IMG/VR virus record: IMGVR_UViG_3300032268_000694
Coordinates: 1-64,000 of that record
DNA: 64,000 bases
Reading direction: 5' to 3' (one strand)
Origin: a virus
Shown: positions 1 to 8,150 of the stretch, one piece after another
Layout of the letters: the number at the start of each line of letters is the position of its first letter
How positions within the stretch are numbered: the stretch's first letter is position 1
Position numbers and translations under genes: made by a program
The notes under the pieces: model-generated
Told to the model about the DNA's origin: nothing
The model's input: only the letters and a program-made list of their open reading frames with translations
Databases searched by the model: none

Positions 1-108
1 TGGGCGAGTGATGAAGCTAAAGCCGATTGTGAGGCGATTAACGAGTATATGAAATCAATAATCATATATTGGGAAGCTCAATATACACCGAAACGTGCTG
101 TGGCATAA
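1..108 (+). CDS. 3' end of a small hypothetical protein (partial)
   Basis: Frame 1 is open from base 1 (WASDEAKADCEAINEYMKSIIIYWEAQYTPKRAVA) to TAA at 106-108, just before the first repeated promoter. Confidence 0.55.
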   Translation, partial: WASDEAKADCEAINEYMKSIIIYWEAQYTPKRAVA

Positions 109-144
109 TTCGGTTCGTATATTTACGGTATAAAATTAAATGAT

Positions 145-387
145 ATGAAACAGAAAAAAGTAAAAGCATACCACATCGAGCACGATGGATGCTACAGTAA
201 CATAGTGGTAATTAACTGCCATAAAGAACACGTTGACAATTACCACACTACGTTCTTCAAATTAGCAGACGCTAAACGTGAGTTATTGAGTAGCCTGAAG
301 TTACATATTGGTGAATACACATATGCTGTTAAACGTATTAGAGCGATTAACAACGAAACAGTACCTCAACGCGCTACGGCAGAGTAA
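145..387 (+). CDS. Hypothetical early protein
   Basis: ORF track; has its own promoter repeat and an A-rich leader. Confidence 0.75.
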   Translation: MKQKKVKAYHIEHDGCYSNIVVINCHKEHVDNYHTTFFKLADAKRELLSSLKLHIGEYTYAVKRIRAINNETVPQRATAE

Positions 388-420
388 CGTTCGTATATTC
401 ACGTCATAAAATTAAATGAT

Positions 421-564
421 ATGACAACAGGTTATGAAAAATGGTTAAGTGGTGAATTGAGAAATTTAGGTTCGTTCGCCGAGTCGTTAATGGAAACGTA
501 TTTGAAAGCTGATAGTAGCAATCGTGCCAAGTTAGAGCAAGCGTTCCCTGAGTGGTTCAAGTAA
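421..564 (+). CDS. Small hypothetical phage protein, 47 aa (not in ORF track)
   Basis: MTTGYEKWLSGELRNLGSFAESLMETYLKADSSNRAKLEQAFPEWFK; leader TAAAATTAAATGATATGA is identical to that of the 145 gene. Confidence 0.75.
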   Translation: MTTGYEKWLSGELRNLGSFAESLMETYLKADSSNRAKLEQAFPEWFK

Positions 565-623
565 ATAGAATGGGGTGGGGCGTAGCCCCACTCGTATATT
601 CACGTTACACAAATAATAAACAC

Positions 624-824
624 ATGAAACAATTAGTAAGTAAAACAGGTGCTGCGTTATTAATAGTATGGGCAGTAGTAATGGTAGTAGTAATAGTAAT
701 TGGAGCTGGATCAGACGGTCCGATTGATGGTCCTGAACTCATCAACGCATGGACGTTCTACGGGTTCATATTAGGTTTACCTACAATATCAGTTGCAATG
801 ATGAAGTGGGGCGGTCAGAAATAA
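624..824 (+). CDS. Small membrane protein (2 TM)
   Basis: Start moved to ATG 624 after the promoter repeat; two hydrophobic segments. Confidence 0.7.
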   Translation: MKQLVSKTGAALLIVWAVVMVVVIVIGAGSDGPIDGPELINAWTFYGFILGLPTISVAMMKWGGQK

Positions 825-859
825 ACACGTATATTCACGTCATGATAAAATTAAAACGT

Positions 860-1054
860 ATGGAATTAACATTACAAGAGTTAAATGAAGTGTATTACAG
901 CTTAAATGTATTACTAAACGACAAAGATTCACATTTCGTTAATGTGGATGTAGTAACTAACCTGATAGATAAAATCGGTGATGAGATTGGACGTCTAGCT
1001 ATGGATGAAGTAAATAGTGAAATAAACGAATTAAAATTAACAGGTAAACTATAA
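860..1054 (+). CDS. Small acidic hypothetical protein
   Basis: Start moved to ATG 860 (MELTLQELNEV) after the promoter repeat at 828. Confidence 0.7.
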   Translation: MELTLQELNEVYYSLNVLLNDKDSHFVNVDVVTNLIDKIGDEIGRLAMDEVNSEINELKLTGKL

Positions 1055-1246
1055 TAACCAGAGTATGAACGTAAACGAATTAAAAGAACAACTACAACAG
1101 GACTTACTGAGTCTATTAGAGGGAATGGGTATTGAAGATACATTATCACCTAGTGATTATGAAAATCTCAAAAACGAAGTATGTGATATAGTAATCACTA
1201 ACGTTAATAAATTAAAATAACCAGAGTATGAACGTAAACGAATTAA
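1053..1246 (+). repeat. 31-bp perfect direct repeat spanning the starts of two adjacent genes
   Basis: AATAACCAGAGTATGAACGTAAACGAATTAA at 1053-1083 and 1216-1246. Confidence 0.95.
1065..1220 (+). CDS. Small hypothetical protein, 51 aa (not in ORF track)
   Basis: MNVNELKEQLQQDLLSLLEGMGIEDTLSPSDYENLKNEVCDIVITNVNKLK; tight packing with neighbours. Confidence 0.7.
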   Translation: MNVNELKEQLQQDLLSLLEGMGIEDTLSPSDYENLKNEVCDIVITNVNKLK

Positions 1247-1365
1247 TGAACATGAATGACATGTACTATGTAGGAAACATATACGATGTTGATGGTGATG
1301 GTTGGGTGACCAAAGCCGAGGCGCAAGCCATATTGGATGAAATAGGAATGGGCGACGGGCAATAG
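1228..1365 (+). CDS. 45-aa microprotein with a canonical EF-hand loop (not in ORF track)
   Basis: MNVNELMNMNDMYYVGNIYDVDGDGWVTKAEAQAILDEIGMGDGQ; the stop codon lies in hairpin ACGGGC-AATA-GCCCGT (1355-1370). Confidence 0.65.
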   Translation: MNVNELMNMNDMYYVGNIYDVDGDGWVTKAEAQAILDEIGMGDGQ

Positions 1366-1678
1366 CCCGTTGGGCACCATGCCTGAAGAAGAGAATTCTA
1401 GAGGATCGAGATGATAGCGATCCGATAGCGGTTTGATAACGGAGTGCTCCCATGATAATTGCGGTCCATCGACGGGGCGTTGTCGCGCACAAAAAAGCTA
1501 TGGGTATTCTCAACTCGCACACGATCTCTACGCCCCGACAGTATATACGCATATCCCCCATATTTATACCCGCATTTCCATTTAACCCATTTTGGAACCA
1601 CTTGCGAAAATCGCAAAACTACCTTTTAAACAAATTTTTTATGTCGATAAAGTATATACTATCATCAATAACCATTTT

Positions 1679-1852
1679 ATGAATAAAAAGTACATTGAGA
1701 GTTCGTTGATACTAACGAAAGAAGCATTCATTGAAGCAGCGTTACGTCAACAAACCGCGGAAGCTGCGCAATACGGACTAACACTCGACGAGTGGCGAAA
1801 CTCTATCCTAAGCGGTAGTGTTGTTCAGGCAAAGTCCCCATCGGATATTTAA
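1679..1852 (+). CDS. Hypothetical protein
   Basis: ORF track, start moved to ATG 1679 (MNKKYIESS). Confidence 0.6.
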   Translation: MNKKYIESSLILTKEAFIEAALRQQTAEAAQYGLTLDEWRNSILSGSVVQAKSPSDI

Positions 1853-1871
1853 GTAAACAAAATAAAAGGTT

Positions 1872-2069
1872 ATGTCAATATTTCTCTCATACATGTTATT
1901 CAGTGGATTATTCATCGCTGGGTTTGTCAGTATACGCGAACACGAAAATAATCATCGACTCACACTATCCGACCTACTACTCAACTTTATCGGTGGTATA
2001 TTAATGGGTTGGTTAATGTTCCCGATAATTGCGATAGTTTATTTCGGACAAATTAAATTAAAAAAATAG
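1872..2069 (+). CDS. Small membrane protein (2 TM)
   Basis: Two hydrophobic helices and a basic C-terminus. Confidence 0.65.
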   Translation: MSIFLSYMLFSGLFIAGFVSIREHENNHRLTLSDLLLNFIGGILMGWLMFPIIAIVYFGQIKLKK

Positions 2070-2087
2070 TTTAAAACCACAAATCAA

Positions 2088-2258
2088 ATGAAATTAACTA
2101 ATATCTTAATAGTATTATTAGGTCATATGGCCTTAATTTATCTTCATCGTTATCGTATGTCTATCGTTGGAATTAGCGCATTACAATTTATAGGATTTAT
2201 GCTATTACACGCGATATGGCATTTCTTTACTGCTAAACGTGCGTATATACGTATCTAA
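2088..2258 (+). CDS. Small membrane protein, 56 aa (not in ORF track)
   Basis: MKLTNILIVLLGHMALIYLHRYRMSIVGISALQFIGFMLLHAIWHFFTAKRAYIRI; A-rich leader. Confidence 0.55.
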   Translation: MKLTNILIVLLGHMALIYLHRYRMSIVGISALQFIGFMLLHAIWHFFTAKRAYIRI

Positions 2259-2333
2259 GGAGTGGTGAGTGTAGTAACAAGACTATAATAGGGAACGATG
2301 GCTTATTACTGTTTGGTATATTTATTGTAAACA

Positions 2334-3044
2334 ATGGCTACATTCAAAATTAGACTAGAAGACAAAGCAGCTTTCCTTAACCGTATGGAAAAGCAAGGTG
2401 TTGGGTTAGATAGTACTCAAATTGTTGATGATAAACTTAAAGGGTATTTTGAAGTAACTATTGACGAACCAAAACAATTACAAGTAGCTAAAGGTATTTT
2501 AAAACAATCTCCAAAAATTAACACCATAAAAGAAATGGAAAATAACAAGAAAAAAATGACTAAAGACGAATTAAAAGAAATGGTTCGTCAAGAATTACAA
2601 GCTGTTTTAGCTGAAAAGAAGAAAGCATCTGAAGATAAAGAAAAATTAGATGAAAACGAAGAGGTTCTAGAAGAGTCTCCTGCGGTTGAAATTTTATCTA
2701 TCTTAGCTGGTGTTGCTGGTTTAGGTTTAGGTAGTGCTGCTATTATGAAAGCACAAGATATTTTAAAAGCTAAAAAGCCAGAACTATTTAAGAAATTACA
2801 AGGTATCAGCGGTGCAATTAGCAAAGCAGATCCTTCTAAAAACTTAGAAGAAAACGAAGTACTTGAAGAATCTCCAGTAATGGATATCTTAGGTATCTTA
2901 GCAGGTGTAGGTGGATTAGGCCTAGGCAGTGCTGCTATCTTAAAGTTACAAGACAAAATCAAACAAAAGAATCCAGAATTATACGCAAAATTACAAAAAG
3001 TAAGTGGTACTATCAGTGCAGCTGATCCTTCTAAGAATTTGTAA
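2334..3044 (+). CDS. Putative head-internal polyprotein with two tandem Gly-rich amphipathic peptides
   Basis: Late motif; ELKEMVRQELQAVLAE helix; duplicated unit of about 60 aa (LEESP..IL.ILAGV.GLGLGSAAI.K.QD....K.PEL..KLQ..SG.IS.ADPSKNL). Confidence 0.7.
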   Translation: MATFKIRLEDKAAFLNRMEKQGVGLDSTQIVDDKLKGYFEVTIDEPKQLQVAKGILKQSPKINTIKEMENNKKKMTKDELKEMVRQELQAVLAEKKKASEDKEKLDENEEVLEESPAVEILSILAGVAGLGLGSAAIMKAQDILKAKKPELFKKLQGISGAISKADPSKNLEENEVLEESPVMDILGILAGVGGLGLGSAAILKLQDKIKQKNPELYAKLQKVSGTISAADPSKNL

Positions 3045-3070
3045 TTCGCAAATTAAAAATAAAGAAATTT

Positions 3071-3101
3071 GGGCGTCTTGAAAAAGATGCCCTTTTTCTT
3101 T
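3071..3101 (+). terminator. Intrinsic terminator
   Basis: GGGCGTCTT-GAAA-AAGATGCCC followed by TTTTTCTTT. Confidence 0.85.
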
Positions 3102-3227
3102 GGAAGTATAAAATCTCCTTCGTAACTTCCACCTACGCGGATTGGGAAAAAGGGAATGGGGAAATGGGAAAAATGGCAAGGAGTTGGGGAACGGGAAAAC
3201 ACGTATATTTATATATAAACATATATT

Positions 3228-3425
3228 ATGAGATACAAAAACAACGTATTAGATAAATTGACACAATTAGAAGCTTTAGTAACTAAGGTTCAATTTCAAG
3301 TAAACAGAGGTGTACAACAAGATACTATTTTAGAATCTGTTGAAGACTTAAAAGAACAAATTGAAAAAACACGTGAAATGATTTCTTTAGAACCTGATGA
3401 ATTCGCAAACCAATTCGCTAGATAA
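3228..3425 (+). CDS. Small helical hypothetical protein
   Basis: ORF track; late motif at 3205. Confidence 0.75.
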   Translation: MRYKNNVLDKLTQLEALVTKVQFQVNRGVQQDTILESVEDLKEQIEKTREMISLEPDEFANQFAR

Positions 3426-3427
3426 TT

Positions 3428-3700
3428 ATGTGGTTAACATTATTAATTGTACATATTATTGAATTAGCCATTGTTGGTGGTATTTTACTTATTAGACGTA
3501 ATGCTGCACTTGAAAAAGCTGTAATTGAACAACGCCAATATGTAGATGCTATTAGTATTATAGTTGCTAATTCCGATGCTAAATTAAGAGAATTAGATAT
3601 TCAAGGTGCATTTGAGGCCGATGATGAAGTGGGTACGTTCTTTAATAACTTAAAGGAAATACAAACCATCATAAGCGATTTCAATAATTCTAGAAACTAG
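3428..3700 (+). CDS. Membrane-anchored hypothetical protein
   Basis: N-terminal TM helix; F.ADDEVG.FF motif. Confidence 0.75.
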   Translation: MWLTLLIVHIIELAIVGGILLIRRNAALEKAVIEQRQYVDAISIIVANSDAKLRELDIQGAFEADDEVGTFFNNLKEIQTIISDFNNSRN

Positions 3701-3753
3701 TTTGGTTACGTCATTTTCCTTCCATATATTGGGAGTAAAATTAGGAAATCATT

Positions 3754-4524
3754 ATGTCATATAACGATAATTACGATATATTTGCTGACGACGATAAATT
3801 AGCACTTACTAAACGAGGCAAACCGCGTAAGCGTAAACCAAAAGAACCTCGTATTTATTTTACTCAAGATACTGAAGACGCTATTGTTGAATATCTTATT
3901 ACTATTAATACAGCTGAGCGTAATCGTATTTACAATGAACGTATTGAATATGGCTTTTACAAATTAGCCGAGAATATTATTCATACGTTTAAATTCTACT
4001 ATACTGATACGGATACGATTGAGGAACTTAAACACGAGGTAATTACATTCTTACTAGAAAAACTGCACTTATATAAACCTGAGAAGGGTAAGGCATTCTC
4101 TTATTTTGGTACTATAGCCAAACGTTATCTTATTGTATATAATGAAAATAACTACAAGAAACTTCAAGAAAAAGTTGATGTAGATGAATCTGATGAAGAG
4201 CAGATGTCGTTATATGAAAATGATAAGAACATTGAGAATATGTTGGATGGTAATACATTCATGGATCAATATATTAGATATATAGACAAATACATATTCA
4301 AGTTATTCCCTAAAAAACAAGATGCTCAAACAGCAGATGCTATTGTTGAATTATTTCGTAAACGTGAAACACTAGAAATATTCAATAAAAAAGCATTATA
4401 CATCTACATACGCGAAATCACCGATGTATCTACTCCTCAGATTACTAAAATAATTAAAAAACTTAAATTAATATACGTTCAGCTATATAATGAATATTAC
4501 GAGCACGGACATATAAAGATTTAG
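3754..4524 (+). CDS. Phage sigma factor, T4 gp55-like (late transcription)
   Basis: Sigma region-2-like segment ELKHEVITFLLEKLHLYKPEKGKAFSYFGTIAKRYLI; C-terminal HTH-like IREITDVSTPQITKII. Confidence 0.7.
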   Translation: MSYNDNYDIFADDDKLALTKRGKPRKRKPKEPRIYFTQDTEDAIVEYLITINTAERNRIYNERIEYGFYKLAENIIHTFKFYYTDTDTIEELKHEVITFLLEKLHLYKPEKGKAFSYFGTIAKRYLIVYNENNYKKLQEKVDVDESDEEQMSLYENDKNIENMLDGNTFMDQYIRYIDKYIFKLFPKKQDAQTADAIVELFRKRETLEIFNKKALYIYIREITDVSTPQITKIIKKLKLIYVQLYNEYYEHGHIKI

Positions 4525-4552
4525 TTATTCATATTTATTGATAAACGCATTT

Positions 4553-4936
4553 ATGGCAAATTTTGATGACGTGACAGTATTCGGTAGCACGTCTCTATCG
4601 GATCTGTTCAAACAAATACACAAGAATAACAAAGATATCGACAAACAAATCGGTGATTTCATTGATACTATGAAACCAATGGCGACAGCCAACGCGGGTT
4701 CTGCAACAATGTTAATGCCTACTGTTAAAGATTTAATTGATGTTAACGTAAAGAACAATGAACAATTAATTAAAATGGCAGCTATCGCGCAACGTGCGGC
4801 TACTGTTAATAATAATTCAAATAACGAGTTAATTGATATGAGTGAGATTGAAGCTTTATTAGCTGAACAAAAAGAAGTTCAAGAACAAGGAAAAAAATTA
4901 TTAGAACAAGCACCTATTATTGCAATAAATAATTAG
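4553..4936 (+). CDS. Helical late protein (possible terminase small subunit)
   Basis: Late motif at 4531; all-helical, about 127 aa; function is inferred only. Confidence 0.55.
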   Translation: MANFDDVTVFGSTSLSDLFKQIHKNNKDIDKQIGDFIDTMKPMATANAGSATMLMPTVKDLIDVNVKNNEQLIKMAAIAQRAATVNNNSNNELIDMSEIEALLAEQKEVQEQGKKLLEQAPIIAINN

Positions 4937-4937
4937 T

Positions 4938-6107
4938 ATGAAATATACCATTGGATCAGCAAATTCTTTTAAAGGATTTGGAAACAATAATTTTGGTTCT
5001 TTTACTCCCCCAACTGCTGGTAGAGTATATGGGGTTGTTACGACTGAAAATACTCCTACAGCTGCTATGTTTAGAAAAGTAGGAGGATTTAATGCTATTG
5101 GTACTATCTTTTATCTTAATTATAATGAATCCATTGGTGTTGTTGGAAGTATGGATGATACATTTTTAGATAATTGTAGTATTGCTAAACCAATATCATC
5201 TCAAATAGCAAACTATCCTGTATTACATGAATTAGTTAATATTTTAAGTTTACCTTCTTCAGATACTCAACAATCACCAGGTTCTACTTTCCCATACTAT
5301 ACTCTTATAAATTTATGGAATAGTGTTCAACAAAATGCTCAACCAGCAAACATCAACGCTAATTTAGGAATTACATTTGTTGAAAATTCAAATATCAGAT
5401 CATTACTTCCTTTTGAAGGTGATTATATAATACAAGGCAGACAGGGTGGATCTATAAGATTTAGTTCAACAACTAAGTTGTTTAGTGATAAAAATGAATG
5501 GAGTAGTATAGGAAATGAAGATAGTCCCATTACAATAATAACAAACGGACTTAAGTTTGATCCTAAAAAAAATTATTATGTTGAACAAATAAACAAAGAT
5601 AATTCTTCACTCTATCTAACTTCAACCCAACAACTTCCTCTACAAACAGACAGAACGGGAGTATTAAATCCACTTACAAATCCAATTGATGCATCAAAAT
5701 ATTTTAATGCTCAAGCTATTTTAAATAGTGATAGAATTGTTCTAAATTCTAAGAAGGATGAAGTAATGATATTTGCTAAAACAAATGTTGAGATAAGTAC
5801 TAAAAATATTATTAACTTAAATGCTGGTGATAGAGTACATCTTAATGGAGGGAGGATTTTTTTAGGTACTTTAAATAATCAATTACCAACTGAAAATATA
5901 GTATTGGGTGGTAAATTACACGATTTGTTACTTGATTTAATGGATACTATCCACCAATTTGGAACTGATATTGCAAGTGCTATTGGCAGTCCTGAGGGGA
6001 CACCAGCAACTGATATTATATCAGCAGCAAATAGTTTATGTAATTCAATAAATAATATTGAGAAAAACTTAGAAGGAATACTATCACAACAAAACTTTAC
6101 AGCATAA
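4938..6107 (+). CDS. Baseplate central spike/hub protein (gp5/gpV-like)
   Basis: OB-like N-terminus (PFEGD.IIQGR.G.SIRF); beta-repeat segment ILNSDRIVLNSK...; C-terminal VLGGKL; lies upstream of gp25. Confidence 0.6.
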   Translation: MKYTIGSANSFKGFGNNNFGSFTPPTAGRVYGVVTTENTPTAAMFRKVGGFNAIGTIFYLNYNESIGVVGSMDDTFLDNCSIAKPISSQIANYPVLHELVNILSLPSSDTQQSPGSTFPYYTLINLWNSVQQNAQPANINANLGITFVENSNIRSLLPFEGDYIIQGRQGGSIRFSSTTKLFSDKNEWSSIGNEDSPITIITNGLKFDPKKNYYVEQINKDNSSLYLTSTQQLPLQTDRTGVLNPLTNPIDASKYFNAQAILNSDRIVLNSKKDEVMIFAKTNVEISTKNIINLNAGDRVHLNGGRIFLGTLNNQLPTENIVLGGKLHDLLLDLMDTIHQFGTDIASAIGSPEGTPATDIISAANSLCNSINNIEKNLEGILSQQNFTA

Positions 6108-7354
6108 TGGCAAATGATTTAAATGTAGGATCTGTAGTTTCTTCTGATGTTTTAAAAACAATATCTACATCAACAGCAATTAAAACTTTTGGTGATCAAT
6201 TAAAGAATAAAGCTAAAGAAAAGGTTGTAGCTGTACTTAGAGATAAAGCTGGAGAATTAGCATCTAATCTTGAACAAGTAATTAAAGAAGAATACCAAGC
6301 AGGAATTGATCATAATGATGAGTTAAAAAGATTAGAAACATTATATCAGCAAGGACAAATTCCTACTAAAGAAGAATATGATAAAGTTGTTTTAGCAGAA
6401 AATGAAGCTTATAAAAAACAACAAGAATCTTTTGATCTTCAAAAGAAAAAAATTAGAAAGGATATAACTGATATTAATTTAGATCCTTATAAAAAAATAA
6501 AAGAAGATAGAAAAAAAAGAAAAGAACAAAGACAAAAAAAACAAGCAGAAAATAAAGCTAGAGATGCTAAAGCAAAAAGAGAATTACAAAAAAAGGTAAT
6601 AAAAAACGCAGCTAAAACTTTAGCTCCAATTATTGCTCTACAGATTGCAAATCAACTTTCTAATATTATATCTCAAAGAGCAAGATTAGAAGAATTAGTA
6701 AACCAAGTAAATGCTTATATTGATACAGCAAATACACCTGAAACTACTAGCATTGCTACTAATTTAAGAAATAATACTATTACATTAATTAATAACAGTA
6801 TTGGTAAATTACAAAGTCTTCAAACTACACTAAACCAGATAAATACATATTTAGCTATATTTAATGCTATTGTAACTGTGTTATCTGCTATCCCTATTCC
6901 TACTTCAGTACCTCCCGGTATTGGTATTCCTGTTAATGTAATTACTAGAATTATTAAAGCTATTGAAAAAGCAAATAAATTAATATCTGCATTAAATGTA
7001 GTATTAGCTATTGCTTCTGTATCATTAGAGAGTGAAGTAGGTAAATTAAACGAACTTATTTTAAAACTAAAAAATATTAATTTAGATGGATTAAATAGTC
7101 AACAATTAACTGATCTTACATCATCTATATATAACAATGTTGATAATTTTCCTCCCTATAAAGGATTTAAATTTAAAATTAAAGAAGAACAAAATCAGGC
7201 ATTTGTTGTTAAAGGTAATAAACGCCGCTACGCAGTTGCAACTAATCGTGACGGTGTAGAAGTATTAAAAAGCGAATTTTCATTTACACTAGACCCTAAC
7301 GATCTAGTAGACCAACTGAAGGTAGTTATTGATCAACGAAATTTACAAGGATAA
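6107..7354 (+). CDS. Virion-associated coiled-coil protein with hydrophobic hairpin
   Basis: Long helices with LSAIPIPTSVPPGIGIP turn; located in the baseplate cluster. Confidence 0.6.
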   Translation: MANDLNVGSVVSSDVLKTISTSTAIKTFGDQLKNKAKEKVVAVLRDKAGELASNLEQVIKEEYQAGIDHNDELKRLETLYQQGQIPTKEEYDKVVLAENEAYKKQQESFDLQKKKIRKDITDINLDPYKKIKEDRKKRKEQRQKKQAENKARDAKAKRELQKKVIKNAAKTLAPIIALQIANQLSNIISQRARLEELVNQVNAYIDTANTPETTSIATNLRNNTITLINNSIGKLQSLQTTLNQINTYLAIFNAIVTVLSAIPIPTSVPPGIGIPVNVITRIIKAIEKANKLISALNVVLAIASVSLESEVGKLNELILKLKNINLDGLNSQQLTDLTSSIYNNVDNFPPYKGFKFKIKEEQNQAFVVKGNKRRYAVATNRDGVEVLKSEFSFTLDPNDLVDQLKVVIDQRNLQG

Positions 7355-7367
7355 AATATTTATAATT

Positions 7368-7733
7368 ATGAACATCAAAGTATTTAAAAAATTAATTAAA
7401 GAAGCTGTAATTGATGCTATTCATGAAGAGTTACCATACATTCTTGAAGAGCACGTGGCTAAACAAGAGAAAAAAGCATTGCGTGAAGGTAAAACAATGA
7501 GCTTTACCAGTGCAGATGTAATGACAGGTGCTGGTAATCCAGACGTTAAAGCATCATTACGTAGTAAAATGGGTGAAGCCTTTGGTTTTCAACAACCCCA
7601 AACACAATTAAAAGTAATTGATGCTGTTGATGAAGCTACTGGTGAGAAAGTAAATCCATTTGCTGCATTTATAGCTGATGCTGCTGCTAATATGACATCA
7701 ATGGATAGATCAGGATTAAGACAATTAGATTGA
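7368..7733 (+). CDS. Hypothetical late protein
   Basis: ATG 7368 after the late motif; N-terminal FKKLIKEAVIDAIHEEL helix resembles the head-protein leaders. Confidence 0.7.
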   Translation: MNIKVFKKLIKEAVIDAIHEELPYILEEHVAKQEKKALREGKTMSFTSADVMTGAGNPDVKASLRSKMGEAFGFQQPQTQLKVIDAVDEATGEKVNPFAAFIADAAANMTSMDRSGLRQLD

Positions 7734-7734
7734 T

Positions 7735-8148
7735 ATGCCACTACCTCAAACAATACGTGTAAATCCGTTAGATTTACGTAGAAATATTGCTATTGGGGTG
7801 TCGCTACCTTTTAAAGGACCTTTTACAAGTACTTTTACTACTAGAGATCAAATTAAATCTAATTTAATCAATCTTTTACTTACTAATAAAGGTGAAAGAA
7901 TAATGAATCCTACTTTTGGATGTGATATAAAAAAACAATTATTTCAAAATATTACTACTGACTTACAACAAAATATTATAAATATTATTGTAGATGCTGT
8001 TAGTATATTCATACCTGAAATACAAATTGGATTAATAGAAGTAATTCCAAATATTGATTATAATCAAATAAGTATAACAGTATACTATAAAATTAGAATA
8101 TCTAATACACCAGGTCAAGTAACAATCCAATTTGAAACAATTCAATAA
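7735..8148 (+). CDS. Baseplate wedge subunit, gp25/GPW-like
   Basis: QIKSNLINLLLTNKGERIMNPTFGCDI signature. Confidence 0.9.
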   Translation: MPLPQTIRVNPLDLRRNIAIGVSLPFKGPFTSTFTTRDQIKSNLINLLLTNKGERIMNPTFGCDIKKQLFQNITTDLQQNIINIIVDAVSIFIPEIQIGLIEVIPNIDYNQISITVYYKIRISNTPGQVTIQFETIQ

Positions 8149-8150
8149 AA

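Larger units (their letters stand above)
102..839 (+). promoter_or_regulatory. Four copies of an early-type promoter GG(C/T)-N11/12-CGTATATTYACG
   Basis: CGTATATT(T/C)ACG at 116-127, 392-403, 593-604 and 828-839, each about 17-20 nt before an ATG, with GG(C/T) 14-15 nt upstream; resembles the Bacteroidota -7 element TAnnTTTG. Confidence 0.75.

Noticed and set aside
102-1246. Repeats as a CRISPR array or integron attC sites
   Set aside because: Spacing is 160-280 bp, the spacers are ORFs, the repeats are short promoter/start motifs, and no cas or integrase gene is present
1157-1682. ORFs 1157-1561(-), 1398-1616(-) and 1452-1682(+)
   Set aside because: Atypical composition and mutual overlap; better explained by two plus-strand micro-ORFs plus a GC-richer non-coding island
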